A DNA stretch of 63,518 nt, counting the filler, from Octopus bimaculoides (lineage: Eukaryota): assembly GCF_001194135.2 (NCBI RefSeq). It is 7 parts of 7 records of this genome, joined end to end, with 100 filler letters (N's around TTAATTAATTAA, not from the genome) between each part and the next. Parts side by side here need not be neighbours in the genome. Positions count along the whole stretch, not along the records: positions 8,739 to 25,917 come from NC_068984.1; 6 more parts are not named here. One strand, 5' to 3'. How positions within the stretch are numbered: the first letter of the stretch is position 1; every line of letters begins with the position of its first letter. The notes below the pieces were generated by a model. The model worked only from the letters and a program-made list of their open reading frames with translations, made no database searches and was not told the origin of the DNA. The translations under genes were made by a program, and so were the position numbers. Below, piece by piece: positions 11,991 through 26,017 of this stretch.

Positions 11991-13857
11991 AAATCCCATT
12001 GCTTATATTAGTTCGGTCATAGTTAGGATCTCCTATCTTTCGTTTTCATTTTCCAAGAAATTTCAGTCAACTGATTTGAACAAAGTTGTCTCCCATTTTT
12101 CTTTTTTTCTTTTTTGTTAATTGTAAGTATCTCTAGAGCGAGTTTTTATCTACTAATTGCTTTGATAATCTCAATTGATCGAAATTATTTTTTTCAACTG
12201 ACTTTATTACATATTTGAAATCCTACCGTGTGCGTATTTAGTGTGCAGAACGTTCCCCTGAGAGAAATTCTCGCAGCCATATTGTTGATATTTCTCCAAT
12301 AATTGCTTCCCCTTTTTCGCTTACTTTCTCTTCATTTCTACTCCGTTTCTTTCATTTATTTTTTGTTTGTTTGTTTATTTTTCATATCTTTTCAACATTT
12401 CTTTTTTAATATTCTTTTTCATTTTGGCATCAAGAAAATATTTTAGCAGTAAAACGCTTTTCCTTTATCTTTCTCTTTTGATTCTTTCTTTTTTTTCTTT
12501 TTTGTGTTTTTTTTTCCTTATTATTTACGCTTTCGTTTCACCACCGATTTTTTGGGGGCGGTTTTTGTTTCTCTTTACTTTTCTCACTGCATTTTTTTAA
12601 TAATTATAAAGACAGTGTAAAAGTTATTCGCAGAATATTCCAATAAGGAATCAGGGCATGAATTTTGAGGTGAATTTAACCACCGAAATATTTTTAGGAT
12701 GAAATAAAAATCAGCAACAACAACAACACTGATGAAAATAATTCTTTCTACTAAAGACACAGGCCTGAAATTTTGTGGGAGAAAGATCGATCCTTGATCT
12801 CAGCTGGTGTTTTATTTTATAGATCCCGAAAGAAGGAAACTCAAAATTAACCACGGCCGAATTGGAATTCAGTAAAGATGGATGAAATGTCGCTTATGAC
12901 ACTGCCTCTCGCCGATTTCCTGTTATAATAATAATTTTTTCTACTCTAGGCACAGGGCTGATTTTTTTTTCTTTTTTGGTGGGGAGGGGGTTGGTCGATT
13001 ACATCGACCTCGGTTCTAGGCTGGTACTTTGTTTCATCGACCCCTGAAAAGGCAAAGTCTACTTCGGCGGAATTTGAACTCAGAACTTAAAGATGGATGA
13101 AATGCTGCTAGGCATTTCGTCCGGTAGAGCTGCTATTTGATCCAGTATAGCTATTTCAAAAGGCTTACCTCGGCACGGCTAGAATAATCAGGAAAGTATT
13201 AGATATCTGAAGAGAACGAATAGCATGGTATCGTAGACCGCAGGCAGCAAGCCCACTAAGCATGCAAGACCCCAAGTCTTCCAACAAAACCTGAGATAAA
13301 AGAAAGGAAAATTACCAAGACAAAATAATGTACACGATAACACTTCCGATTTTAGCTAATTGGAAGTCTTATTATGTCCAGTGTTTTGTCTTGGTATGAA
13401 AGACAGACTACAGCAAATATTCTGTTCAATACCACAGATTTGCTTGTCAGTTGCTTCACCTTAACCAGTTGAGCTTGTCCCTTGGTGGCATCTCTGATCA
13501 CGAGCAGAAGTAGTTGGGGAGCATCATAGCCATGTGTTGAGAGGAATTCTTTGGGGTTTGGATAATTCAGCTTTGTAAACATGGGTGTTTTGTTCAACAT
13601 CCTTAAACAATCTTTATTAAGGGACCTTTTGAGCGGGATGGGCTACTCGACCTGAGGAACATTATAACTAGGCCCCATCTGCAAGGTCATGCACTGTTTA
13701 TCTTGATATGAGATCACCATGTCACGCACATATGATTGTGATGCACGTGCCTGATGTACTCTTATCAGACAGGTAGCTATGATGGGTATACTGGACTTCG
13801 TATAATTCTACCCTGGTGTCACTTTCACTTTGATGGCATACGCTGCTCTTCCACTCA

Positions 13858-14233
13858 AGAAGAAGAAGAAGAAGAAGAAGAAGAAGAAGAAGAAGAAGAA
13901 GAAGAAGAAGAAGAAGAAGAAGAAGAAGAAGAAGNNNNNNNNNNNNNNNNNNNNNNNNNNNNNNNNNNNNNNNNNNNNNNNNNNNNNNNNNNNNNNNNNN
14001 NNNNNNNNNNNNNNNNNNNNNNNNNNNNNNNNNNNNNNNNNNNNNNNNNNNNNNNNNNNNNNNNNNNNNNNNNNNNNNNNNNNNNNNNNNNNNNNNNNNN
14101 NNNNNNNNNNNNNNNNNNNNNNNNNNNNNNNNNNNNNNNNNNNNNNNNNAAGAAGAAGAAGAAGAAGAAGAAGAAGAAGAAGAAGAAGAAGAAGAAGAAG
14201 AAGAAGAAGACGACGACGACGACGACGACGACG
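13858..14233. repeat. (GAA)n array with internal gap, ending in (GAC)n
   Basis: Read directly from the sequence; source of the poly-E/K/R ORFs. Confidence 0.95.
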
Positions 14234-14685
14234 CGTACGTCTGATATTAGAACCAGAACGAAATTTTAAGATCTTTCTAATAAGTTACAAAACAATTAAA
14301 TAAATATATTCTAAACATCTTTTTAAAATTCAAACTTCTAACGCCGCCAACATTGTCCTACACGTGATTATCAATTTTAGAAATAAGTCTAAATACAATA
14401 GTCATCTCAGGTATAAATTTCACCTTCATTATAGTAAGATACAAGTTATATAAAGTGAGAAACCCAGGAAGAAAGACAACAGTAAAATAATACCAGTGTT
14501 TCGAAGCGCGTACTCAGGATTGATAGAGAATGCAGTGAGAAGGAGGTCAGACATAAAACTTAAAGAAGCACTAAGAAATAACAGCAGTTGGACGAGAAAC
14601 AAAGTAAACCAGTCAGGTAGAAAGCATGGACGAAGAAGGCAAACGGATTTTCCCTATGTATAAGCACAGACACACACACACACTC

Positions 14686-14717
<32 letters not shown>

Positions 14718-14902
14718 ACGTACATACGCACACAAACACACACATACATGTATATAATATGTAATATACATTCATATTAATATGTGTGTGCATGTATCTA
14801 TGTATGTATATACAGTATATATATGCTTGTTTGTGTGCGTGTGTGTATGTGTGCATGTGCGTATGTGTGTGTGTGTGTTGTTTGTGTGTGTGTGTGTGTG
14901 TG

Positions 14903-15007
<105 letters not shown>

Positions 15008-15610
15008 TCCAGGGGAGCATAAAAAAGTTATGTCCAGCGACTCAGAATAGACTCGAAGACAAGTCTGAGAGTAAAGAAACCTTTAAATCATGGTCGTTAT
15101 ATATAGTCTATATATATATATATATATTCATTTACTTGCACATGTGTGTGTATGTGTGTTTGTGTACATAAGCAGCAAAATCAGGAGTCTATGAGAATAA
15201 CAGATTCCTCATACGATAAAAAAAATGCCATAATGCAAGTGGCCGCTTATGTCCTGTGGAGCGATAAAACAGATACGGAGGAAGTGGAATCCTCATCAAA
15301 TTTATACAAACAACGAAGAGATGTTTGTCATTTGTTTGGCATCTGCTTGTTTGCGGATCGATCTGCCTATCCATACGTGAATGCCTACGTATATATACAC
15401 ACATCTAAATATATTTAAATGAATATGCCTGTATATATGTGTGTGAGTGTGTGTGTGTGTGTGTGTGCATGCGTGTGTGCGCGTGTGTGTGTATATGTGT
15501 TTGTGTGTGCGTATGTACGAAGATATGTAAATATATATGTAAATAATATGTATGTGTATATATATACACACACATACAAATATACATATATTTATGCATG
15601 TATGTATGTA

Positions 15611-15658
<48 letters not shown>

Positions 15659-18114
15659 NNNNNNNNNNNNNNNNNNNNNNNNNNNNNNNNNNNNNNNNNN
15701 NNNNNNNNNNNNNNNNNNNNNNNNNNNNNNNNNNNNNNNNNNNNNNNNNNNNNNNNNNNNNNNNNNNNNNNNNNNNNNNNNNNNNNNNNNNNNNNNNNNN
15801 NNNNNNNNNNNNNNNNNNNNNNNNNNNNNNNNNNNNNNNNNNNNNNNNNNNNNNNNNNNNNNNNNNNNNNNNNNNNNNNNNNNNNNNNNNNNNNNNNNNN
15901 NNNNNNNNNNNNNNNNNNNNNNNNNNNNNNNNNNNNNNNNNNNNNNNNNNNNNNNNNNNNNNNNNNNNNNNNNNNNNNNNNNNNNNNNNNNNNNNNNNNN
16001 NNNNNNNNNNNNNNNNNNNNNNNNNNNNNNNNNNNNNNNNNNNNNNNNNNNNNNNNNNNNNNNNNNNNNNNNNNNNNNNNNNNNNNNNNNNNNNNNNNNN
16101 NNNNNNNNNNNNNNNNNNNNNNNNNNNNNNNNNNNNNNNNNNNNNNNNNNNNNNNNNNNNNNNNNNNNNNNNNNNNNNNNNNNNNNNNNNNNNNNNNNNN
16201 NNNNNNNNNNNNNNNNNNNNNNNNNNNNNNNNNNNNNNNNNNNNNNNNNNNNNNNNNNNNNNNNNNNNNNNNNNNNNNNNNNNNNNNNNNNNNNNNNNNN
16301 NNNNNNNNNNNNNNNNNNNNNNNNNNNNNNNNNNNNNNNNNNNNNNNNNNNNNNNNNNNNNNNNNNNNNNNNNNNNNNNNNNNNNNNNNNNNNNNNNNNN
16401 NNNNNNNNNNNNNNNNNNNNNNNNNNNNNNNNNNNNNNNNNNNNNNNNNNNNNNNNNNNNNNNNNNNNNNNNNNNNNNNNNNNNNNNNNNNNNNNNNNNN
16501 NNNNNNNNNNNNNNNNNNNNNNNNNNNNNNNNNNNNNNNNNNNNNNNNNNNNNNNNNNNNNNNNNNNNNNNNNNNNNNNNNNNNNNNNNNNNNNNNNNNN
16601 NNNNNNNNNNNNNNNNNNNNNNNNNNATATATATATATATATATATATATATACTAGATAGATAGATATATGCATACATACATACATATATAATACGTGG
16701 CCTAATCAATAAGTATCCGGACTATTGCTATAGTAACGAAGCTAAAGCACGGAGTAGATTGCGGCTTTGATAATATTAACTACTACCGTAGTTGAATGAT
16801 ATATATATAAACAATAACTGAATCGACAATTTTTCTATAATATATTATATAATATAATTTGCGTCCAGTCTGTTCATCTGGTTAAGAGTCTATGCAGCTT
16901 TATTCAAGGTGTTGCTACTGTTGTAGTTTGTAGTTAACTAAACGTATGTTAGTTTAGGTAGTATCCTATTTCTTGGAGGACGATATTTTTTAAGTGAAAA
17001 GAATGAGAGAGAAACTTAAAAAGCCGGTACGACTTTTAAATCGTTTGTCTGGTTAACCCTATGATGAGCCTAAAGTTTGAATTTCGAATCATGAATGTTA
17101 GATCTTAAACTAGGTCAGAATATATTTTATCGTCCTGCCTTAAGCGAAGAGAAAAGGAATAAATTTCAGAGATGGATGTATATAATTAAGGGTTACTAAG
17201 TCCAAATATTATTTAGTAAGATGAGATATGCAGAATTTACTTAGTTTACACAAAATGTGTAAATATGTGTAAACAATTGTTGACACAATATGTCAGAGTA
17301 CCTCCAGCAAAAGGGAAATCCGAATCTGTAACTATACAAATCAACTTTACATTTACATGTAAACGATATTCTCTTAGATATAGAATAAATTATTTCATAT
17401 GTAAAGTTTATATACGAAGATTACTAATTATTTGGAGAAGAATTAAATCTAGGATAGAGGCAAACTTGATATTGCACCAATATTCGCCATGTAAACTCTA
17501 GCAGTTTTAATCTCCATGATAACTGAATTAAAAATCTTTTCTAGGGAAATATTTGAATGGTTTTCTGAAAAGGTATGCGCATTTTAAGGCTAATTGCTAT
17601 TTACCACTTAATAACTGGTATTTAGACGTGAAAATGTGGAATATTTCTTCCAGGCATAAATCTCATTTCTAACCTCCGACTACGTAAGTCTGTCCCACCA
17701 ATAATTTCCCATTCTATATATAAGTTAGTGTTGCTATCTTTCAGATTACCAAACAAACTCACTTAAGCTTCGACTATGGATTTTCTCTCTAATCATTGAA
17801 GGAAGTTAGATGATTAGATAATCTCACACTCTCCTTTCCCAGGAATCACTTTCTCTCTGTCCTACTTCCGGTCGTAACACGTGGACCACTGGCGAAGTTT
17901 TCCTCCTTCTTCCTTTTTCCTTTGGACTTTCCTGTTTTACCTCTTTGTATGTATGTATTTATGCATACATTGTGTATGTATGTACGTGTGTATGCATGTT
18001 TGTATGAGTGCAGTGCGCGTGCATATTGTCTGGGTAAGTTAGAAAGATAGTAAAGGAAGGTACAAAGAAAGAATCAAAAGGAGGGAGTGGCAGAAAGAGA
18101 CTGAGAGAAAGGCA

Positions 18115-18188
<74 letters not shown>

Positions 18189-18496
18189 CGTAAGAACGCA
18201 CGTATGTTTGGAATCAGATTAATTTACGTCTCTTTGTTTATGCATTCATTATTAAGTTTATTTATGTATTTGTTTATTTATATATCTGTTTATTTATTCG
18301 CAGCTAAGTCTTACAGGAATTCTGTCATATGACTTTTGAATTATAAGACAGCGTTGTTTGTTTAGTGTAGAGGAATGGCGAACCAGCTGATGGCTTTTCC
18401 GCTTATGACAGCCCGTTTGTTGTAGCGCGTGTCCAACGATGGCCAACTGCTCTTCAAATAGATTTAAGGTGGGATAACGAAACAATTATAAATAAA

Positions 18497-18572
<76 letters not shown>

Positions 18573-19268
18573 GTATTATTATTAGTTGTTGTAAGGAGTA
18601 AATGTACAAGATTTTGAATTTAACTAGCAGCCATTTCCGCTACAGAGGCACGCACACAAACGAGGGTGTGTGTTTCTTAAATTATCTTTTGCAAATTACT
18701 ATGTACATAATAACGTCTGAGTTGTGGATTTTATTTTCATGTAAACGGGGAACAGAGAAGAATGAGTGCACATGTGTATAATGCACTATATATATGTGTG
18801 TGTGTATGAATATAGATATACAGACATATAATCGCATATTTAACAAGTATATTCTTATATATATACGTGTATATATATATATATATATATATATATNNNN
18901 NNNNNNNNNNNNNNNNNNNNNNNNNNNNNNNNNNNNNNNNNNNNNNNNNNNNNNNNNNNNNNNNNNNNNNNNNNNNNNNNNNNNNNNNNNNNNNNNNNNN
19001 NNNNNNNNNNNNNNNNNNNNNNNNNNNNNNNNNNNNNNNNNNNNNNNNNNNNNNNNNNNNNNNNNNNNNNNNNNNNNNNNNNNNNNNNNNNNNNNNNNNN
19101 NNNNNNNNNNNNNNNNNNNNNNNNNNNNNNNNNNNNNNNNNNNNNNNNNNNNNNNNNNNNNNNNNNNNNNNNNNNNNNNNNNNNNNNNTATATATATATA
19201 TATATATGAACTTACTATTAACAAAAGTCATGATGCGTGGCGTTCCGTTACTCAACAAATGAGAAGGG

Positions 19269-19559
19269 CATTAAATACTACAAAACGTCCACGTAGGACG
19301 GACACAGAAGGACCGTAATTCTTCATCAGTTATCGACCTAAATATTACCACTCAGTTTCATGCCTTTACGTCTACCCTGTATTGTTTTGCTTGCTCGAGC
19401 TCTAATTCTCTGCAAATTTTGCGGGTGCCACCGATATACAAAGTTCTCAGTCTTATCGTTAAAGGCACGAAACTGAGCATTAGTAATTTGGTCGATAACT
19501 GATGAAGAATTAGGGTCTTTCTGTGTCTGTCTTACGTGTACGTTTTGTAGTATTTAATG
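19269..19559. mobile_element. Fold-back / MITE-like element, about 100-bp inverted arms
   Basis: 19269-19370 versus 19457-19559: 5 mismatches in the outer ~69 nt and an 86-nt spacer. Confidence 0.8.
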
Positions 19560-19956
19560 TATTTTTCATTTATATATCACAAATGTCATTAAATGTGACG
19601 GGGGTATCAGGAAACACCTAGATTTCTCTATAGAAATAATAGCTAAACCGCTCTAATGCTGGAGTTAAAGCACATGAATGGAAACACTAACAGGGAACAA
19701 TATCTGTGATTGTGTCTGTGCGTGTCACCCCCATCACCGCTTGATAATCGGTGTTCGTGTGTTTATGTTCCCGTAACTTAGCAGTTTGGCAAAAATGACT
19801 GATAGAATGTGTCTAGGCTTAAAAAAGCACATGTAGGGTCGATTTATTCGATTAAAATCCCCTTAAGGTGGTGCTCCAGCATGGCCGCAGTCAAATGACT
19901 GAAACAAGTAAAAGAATAAAGGAATTATATACATACATACATACATATAATATATA

Positions 19957-20003
<47 letters not shown>

Positions 20004-20739
20004 GTATGTATATATATATATATATACGACTGTGTCGATAAGCCAGCTGGAGGAGATGTCTTCCTGGGGCTAAAAGCAACAGTAACATCCACCCCTAGGG
20101 GTCAGCCACGCTTAAGTGGCAATATACTACACTTTATCGTGCAGTTACTGTTAANNNNNNNNNNNNNNNNNNNNNNNNNNNNNNNNNNNNNNNNNNNNNN
20201 NNNNNNNNNNNNNNNNNNNNNNNNNNNNNNNNNNNNNNNNNNNNNNNNNNNNNNNNNNNNNNNNNNNNNNNNNNNNNNNNNNNNNNNNNNNNNNNNNNNN
20301 NNNNNNNNNNNNNNNNNNNNNNNNNNNNNNNNNNNNNNNNNNNNNNNNNNNNNNNNNNNNNNNNATGTGTGTGTGTGTGCATGTGTGTGTGTGTATGTGT
20401 GTGTGCGTGTGTGTGTGTGATGGTATATCTCTCTATATGTGCGCATGTACAGCAGTGTATGAAGGAATGTGTCTGTCTGTGAATGGGACAGATGGGTGTG
20501 TCGGTTTATCAATCTATGCGTCTTGGGCTGCTCGTGTGTGCACGCGCGCGCGCGTATATGTGTATGTGTGTGTGTGTGTTATGTAAAGTCCTTCTCGGGA
20601 GCACGGCTTTTAATTGAAGTTTCTCAGTCGTCTTTCATCCGATGATGCTAATCTAAAGGCAGTCTTTTCCATCCAATTTGTTTATTTTGTCGGTGCCCCG
20701 TGATTGGGTCTTTTGTGTTTCTCAGATGATTTGCTATTA

Positions 20740-20875
20740 TCGCTGTCATCGTCATCACCATTATCATCATTAACATCATTTTTGTCGTCGACGATGCTGT
20801 CATCATCATAATCATTTTCGCCATCACCATCACCACCACCATCACCACTACCACTGCCATCATTTATTTTCAGCC

Positions 20876-20922
<47 letters not shown>

Positions 20923-21825
20923 TACACCACCGGTATCATTATTTATTTTCTAACTCATTATCATCGTCCATATCTTCAACATCATCATCGTCACCAGTTT
21001 ATCGCTCCACCACCACCACCACCACCACCATCACCGTACTCACCATTACCAACAACAACAACAGCATTGACAACTCCTCCATCGTCATCATCATCATCAG
21101 CATCAGCATCGTCACTATTTCTATCCTTTTCATCATGATCGTTATCGTTCCAGTCGTTACCCCCAACCCTGACCCTAACCCCACCCCCACCGCTATCACC
21201 GCCCCGCCACCACCATCATCCCCACCATCTCCGCTGGAAACAACAGCAACGACAGTACCGCAATTATCGTCATCATCATCATCACAACCACCACCACTAG
21301 CGCCACCACCGGCGCCACCATCAACATCTCTGTGATCGTCAACTTCGCCGACGTCTTTTTCATCATTATCATCAACGTAATTACTGCTAATATCACCATC
21401 ACCATCATCATCATCACCATCATCACCATCATCACCATCATTATGATTACCATCTTTATCATAACCATAATCATTATCCTCATTATGAATATCATCACCG
21501 TTCCAATATCGCCAACATTATTATCATAATCGCTACCACCACCACCACACACCACCACCACCACCACCACCACCACCACCACCACCACCACCACCACCAN
21601 NNNNNNNNNNNNNNNNNNNNNNNNNNNNNNNNNNNNNNNNNNNNNNNNNNNNNNNNNNNNNNNNNNNNNNNNNNNNNNNNNNNNNNNNNNNNNNNNNNNN
21701 NNNNNNNNNNNNNNNNNNNNNNNNNNNNNNNNNNNNNNNNNNNNNNNNNNNNNNNNNNNNNNNNNNNNNNNGTGGTGGTGGTGGTGGTGGTGGTGGTGGT
21801 GGTGGTGGTGGTGTGTGGTGGTGGT
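20740..21825. repeat. Compound (ATC)n/(ACC)n/(GTG)n low-complexity region
   Basis: Read directly from the sequence; source of the poly-M/V/H/T ORFs. Confidence 0.9.
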
Positions 21826-22402
21826 GGAAGGTAAGAGCGGAAGCGTAGTCGCCGAAATGCGAAGAAGTCTATTTAATTGTTGATTGGTTCCCACACTTCC
21901 CACACGGTCATGTGATACCTAACTGTCAAGTTATCGTTAAACTCACGTTAAAAGTAATCTAAACAAACCAGCGGACGCATGTCACACGTTGACAAGCGTG
22001 CGACGCACATGTGTGCACCACATACGCACACATCTATAGAAATGTAGATATATACATACACATACATTTATATGTATATATACATATATGTATGTGTGTG
22101 TGTGTATTCATGTCTTTACATACGTTTATAGACAGACATAAACAAGAACACTACCAAATCCATGCGCACACATCCAGGTTGAGACGAGAACACTCACACG
22201 TAAGCATTCACAGACTGACACGTGCAGAGAGAAGTGAAACTCACACATTGCAAATACACACACTCACACTCACACTCACACGTGAGTCTGTCTGTTGACC
22301 TCACTATTAAATAAATACAGATGCTCTAGCATGGCCTCAGATTTAATGGCTAAAGCGAACGACTGAAATAAACGCACACTTATTCATATAAACGCGCGCG
22401 CT

Positions 22403-22464
<62 letters not shown>

Positions 22465-24872
22465 NNNNNNNNNNNNNNNNNNNNNNNNNNNNNNNNNNNN
22501 NNNNNNNNNNNNNNNNNNNNNNNNNNNNNNNNNNNNNNNNNNNNNNNNNNNNNNNNNNNNNNNNNNNNNNNNNNNNNNNNNNNNNNNNNNNNNNNNNNNN
22601 NNNNNNNNNNNNNNNNNNNNNNNNNNNNNNNNNNNNNNNNNNNNNNNNNNNNNNNNNNNNNNNNNNNNNNNNNNNNNNNNNNNNNNNNNNNNNNNNNNNN
22701 NNNNNNNNNNNNNTATATGATGGAAAGACCGCTATGATACGAGTTCTAGGAGTGAAGATGTGTACCCGAGTTTTATCGCGTCTCAAATTGTTACTTAACG
22801 TCGTATGCACTGCTAAAATCATTCTACACATTTCTTTAAAACGTTAAACATATGTCCGTGTGTATGTGTGGGGGTTGGAGAGGAGGGAAAGTGTGTGTCT
22901 CTGTCTCAGTGTGTGGATGTTGAGTGAGTTGATATGTTGTTGGTGCATGTATGTATGTATGTGTGTATGCTTATCCGTATATGTATGTATATGTGTGTAT
23001 ATATATAGCTTTGTATGAGTGTAGTAAATCGATACGCTAGTACCTAATAAGCCACACCGTAATTCGTTAAATAAAGTATTCATCCACAAATAATTATCTA
23101 TAAGTAATTAGGAATAGGTTGAAGCCTTGACAAACCTCTTTTCGAGGAAACAAACAGTAAGACTGAACTCGTATATACACATATTGAAGAAAATAGGCAT
23201 GTATATATCTTACGGTAAATCTTCCAGAACATCAGGTTGGTTCCTCCATTTTTCGCTCCTCCAGCCAGTGTTGACTGACAGTCGGAGGAAAGGAGGGTGA
23301 GAGATTTCAGTGCAGCCTTGATATATATACCAGCAACCTGGATCGGAACCATGATTATCCAGAACCTTAGGTTTGCCCAACAATTTACGATCCCTTCTTC
23401 TATTCTTGCAATATGCACCCCATTCTCCTAGCACTACGACTTGTTTACAATTCTGCCATGTGCGACACTTTCTTCAACATAATATTGCAGGAAAATTTGA
23501 ATAACTTTTGATGGAAGATACACTTACATGATTGTTTTGCTGCTAGTTCAGTTACCCATCAATTCTGGAGGTTAATTGCTTTGGAAATTGGCAATTTTTA
23601 TATAATCGCTTGTTGAAACTATAAGAGTGAGTGACAAAAATGTCGTCCAGCATCAGTAACCTGGGCAATGAGCGGAACTATGTCAGTGACCATGTAACAC
23701 TTGCACAACGGAATCTTTTGTCACTTTATATAATATGAAACAATTTAATAATGTTCTACGATTTAGGCATAAAGCCAGCATATTTGAGGATAAGGTGTTA
23801 GTCGATACATCGACCCCGCCGCTTGACTGGTACTTTGTTTTATCAATGCAGAAGAATGAAAGGTGAAGTTGTCCCTGAAAGTCTAAAAGACGAAGTTGAC
23901 TGGCAGGATTTGAAATCAGAGCGTAAAGTGTCGAAGTGGATGCCACGGGAAATTTTCACCGATTCCTCTGCCAGGTCGTCGCCTTTATAAATTAAAAACT
24001 GAAAAAATAAAACTACTAAATATTACCGCATATGCGTACATCTTAAATGCTAAGTGTAACTTTTCCGATGCAATTGAAACATATTTTTTTCTTTTATTCT
24101 TCTAAAGACGTTTTACGTAAGTAATTTCATGTTATATTTGAGAAAAAAAAATGCGTTTTGTGATTCTACATTTCATTTCGATCACATCTTGTTTTCCATC
24201 CTTCCTCTTAAATCTATCATATTAAAAAAACCCACAATATATATCTTTCTTCTTCTCTCTCGTTTGGCGAAAGTTCAACAGACGTGTTTTATGTCCAGAA
24301 GACAGACGAAAATTCAAAGAAAAATTAAAACTAAACACAACACAAAACAAATAAAGTGAAGTCACGTAACATTGAACCCTCAAACCATTCTGTCAACAAT
24401 TGGTAAATATCTCTATTTGTTCCACGTTGCTTTCGCTTATGTTTAAAGTGATATTCTGTACTGAGTGAGGAATTTTCATTGCTCTTTGGCAGGGCCTAAG
24501 TTTGTTTTTTTCGGTATATGCATAAGTACATTGCTATATTAATTCATAAATGTCTGTGTGCGCGCGCGCGTATGTATCCATGTATGTATCTATGTGTGTG
24601 TGTGTATTTTATATATATCTATGTATGTATGTATGTATGTATGTATGTATGTATGTATGTATGCATGCATGTATGTATGTATGTATGTACGTATGTATGT
24701 ATGTGGATATGCATGCATGTTTATATACTCAACCATTTGGAGCTATGTTCTGTGTGTATACACGTATATTTATACACGCAAGTATTTGCACATCTGAAAT
24801 ATTTCATGAATTCTTATGTAAGCATAAATCTTAACAAATTCTTTCAATTTTTTTTATTTATTCATTCATCTG

Positions 24873-24920
<48 letters not shown>

Positions 24921-26017
24921 TTTAGTTATTTTTCGTCTCTCTATTATTTACTTCATCGTTGATGCCTGTTGCAGATATGCTTCAGGGCGGTGAGGGTTGC
25001 ATCTATTAAAAAGTATTCCTTCATTTTAAAGAGAAATTTCATTGTAGTAAACGATCAGATCTGAAAGCAGTAAAGTATCGTTCACCAATTAAACGGGAAA
25101 ATCAAAACCTTGAAAATTAAAGATAAATAAATAACCTTCGTTGTTGTTGTTGTTTATTTTTTAGAGAATCTTTTTGGTTTATGACTATATTTTGAATTTG
25201 TTGATAACATTACCATAGCTGCGTCGATCAAAAACAGATTCGTAATATTATCTTCCACATCTTGAAGTTGTTTTCTTCCCAGTGGTTGGCATGTTAACGC
25301 AAATCTTCATATATTGATCTCACACTTTGGCATAAAGCCAACATTTTGCAGAGTTTCTTTTACGAAAGTATACTGTGGAGTCAAAAGAATAAGCATCAAA
25401 AGAATTAGTACACAAGTATAACTGGTCTGCGAAAGTTTATGTTATTTACCCCTAACCCTAACCCTAATCAACTAGTTTTAGGAGGTCTGATCAAAAAGTA
25501 CCGGGTAGAGGTCAAGACGGTAGAATGTCATTCGAGGGAATTTGACTGTTATTTTTAACAAATTAAGTGATAGCATAGAGACTTCCTTCTTGCTTTGTCT
25601 ATTCCGTCGAGAATTTGAAGAGAGATGGCCTTTTTTTAGGTTATATCTACTTCACATATATTAACCCACTGCTAACTAATGTATTCATTTGAATCATTGA
25701 TCGGGAGCAAGAATTGCTTTGCATGACCTCTGCATATTCTTTGAATCTGATGAGATTCTCACAGGTTTTGCTAGTGTTCAGATACTCTGCTCCGTTTCTG
25801 AAATGGACAAATACAGAGCCACACGAATTAGATTTAAAAATAAAAACTGGGAATTTACTCCCAATGCCCAGCCCACTCACACACACATATCTATATATAT
25901 ATATGCATATATATATANNNNNNNNNNNNNNNNNNNNNNNNNNNNNNNNNNNNNNNNNNNNTTAATTAATTAANNNNNNNNNNNNNNNNNNNNNNNNNNN
26001 NNNNNNNNNNNNNNNNN

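Noticed and set aside
16693-16725. Mariner-like terminal sequence (also about 25481-25506)
   Set aside because: Single short ends with no partner TIR or transposase nearby.
18294-18485. Minus ORF MFRYPTLNLFEEQ...
   Set aside because: Considered as the CEP126 terminal EEQ exon, but it lacks the LxSLxxLNxRL pattern and a suitable phase-1 acceptor.
23098-23434. Overlapping minus ORFs (106 and 74 aa) with a possible GTAAGA donor
   Set aside because: No recognisable motif and no clear acceptor; could not be linked to either gene.
25450-25467. (CCCTAA)3 telomere-like repeat
   Set aside because: Only three units; too short to indicate a telomere or fusion site.
25647-25886. Minus ORF with a CAG acceptor at 25800-25798
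   Set aside because: The phase-1 frame needed after the 30728 donor stops after five codons; no recognisable homology.
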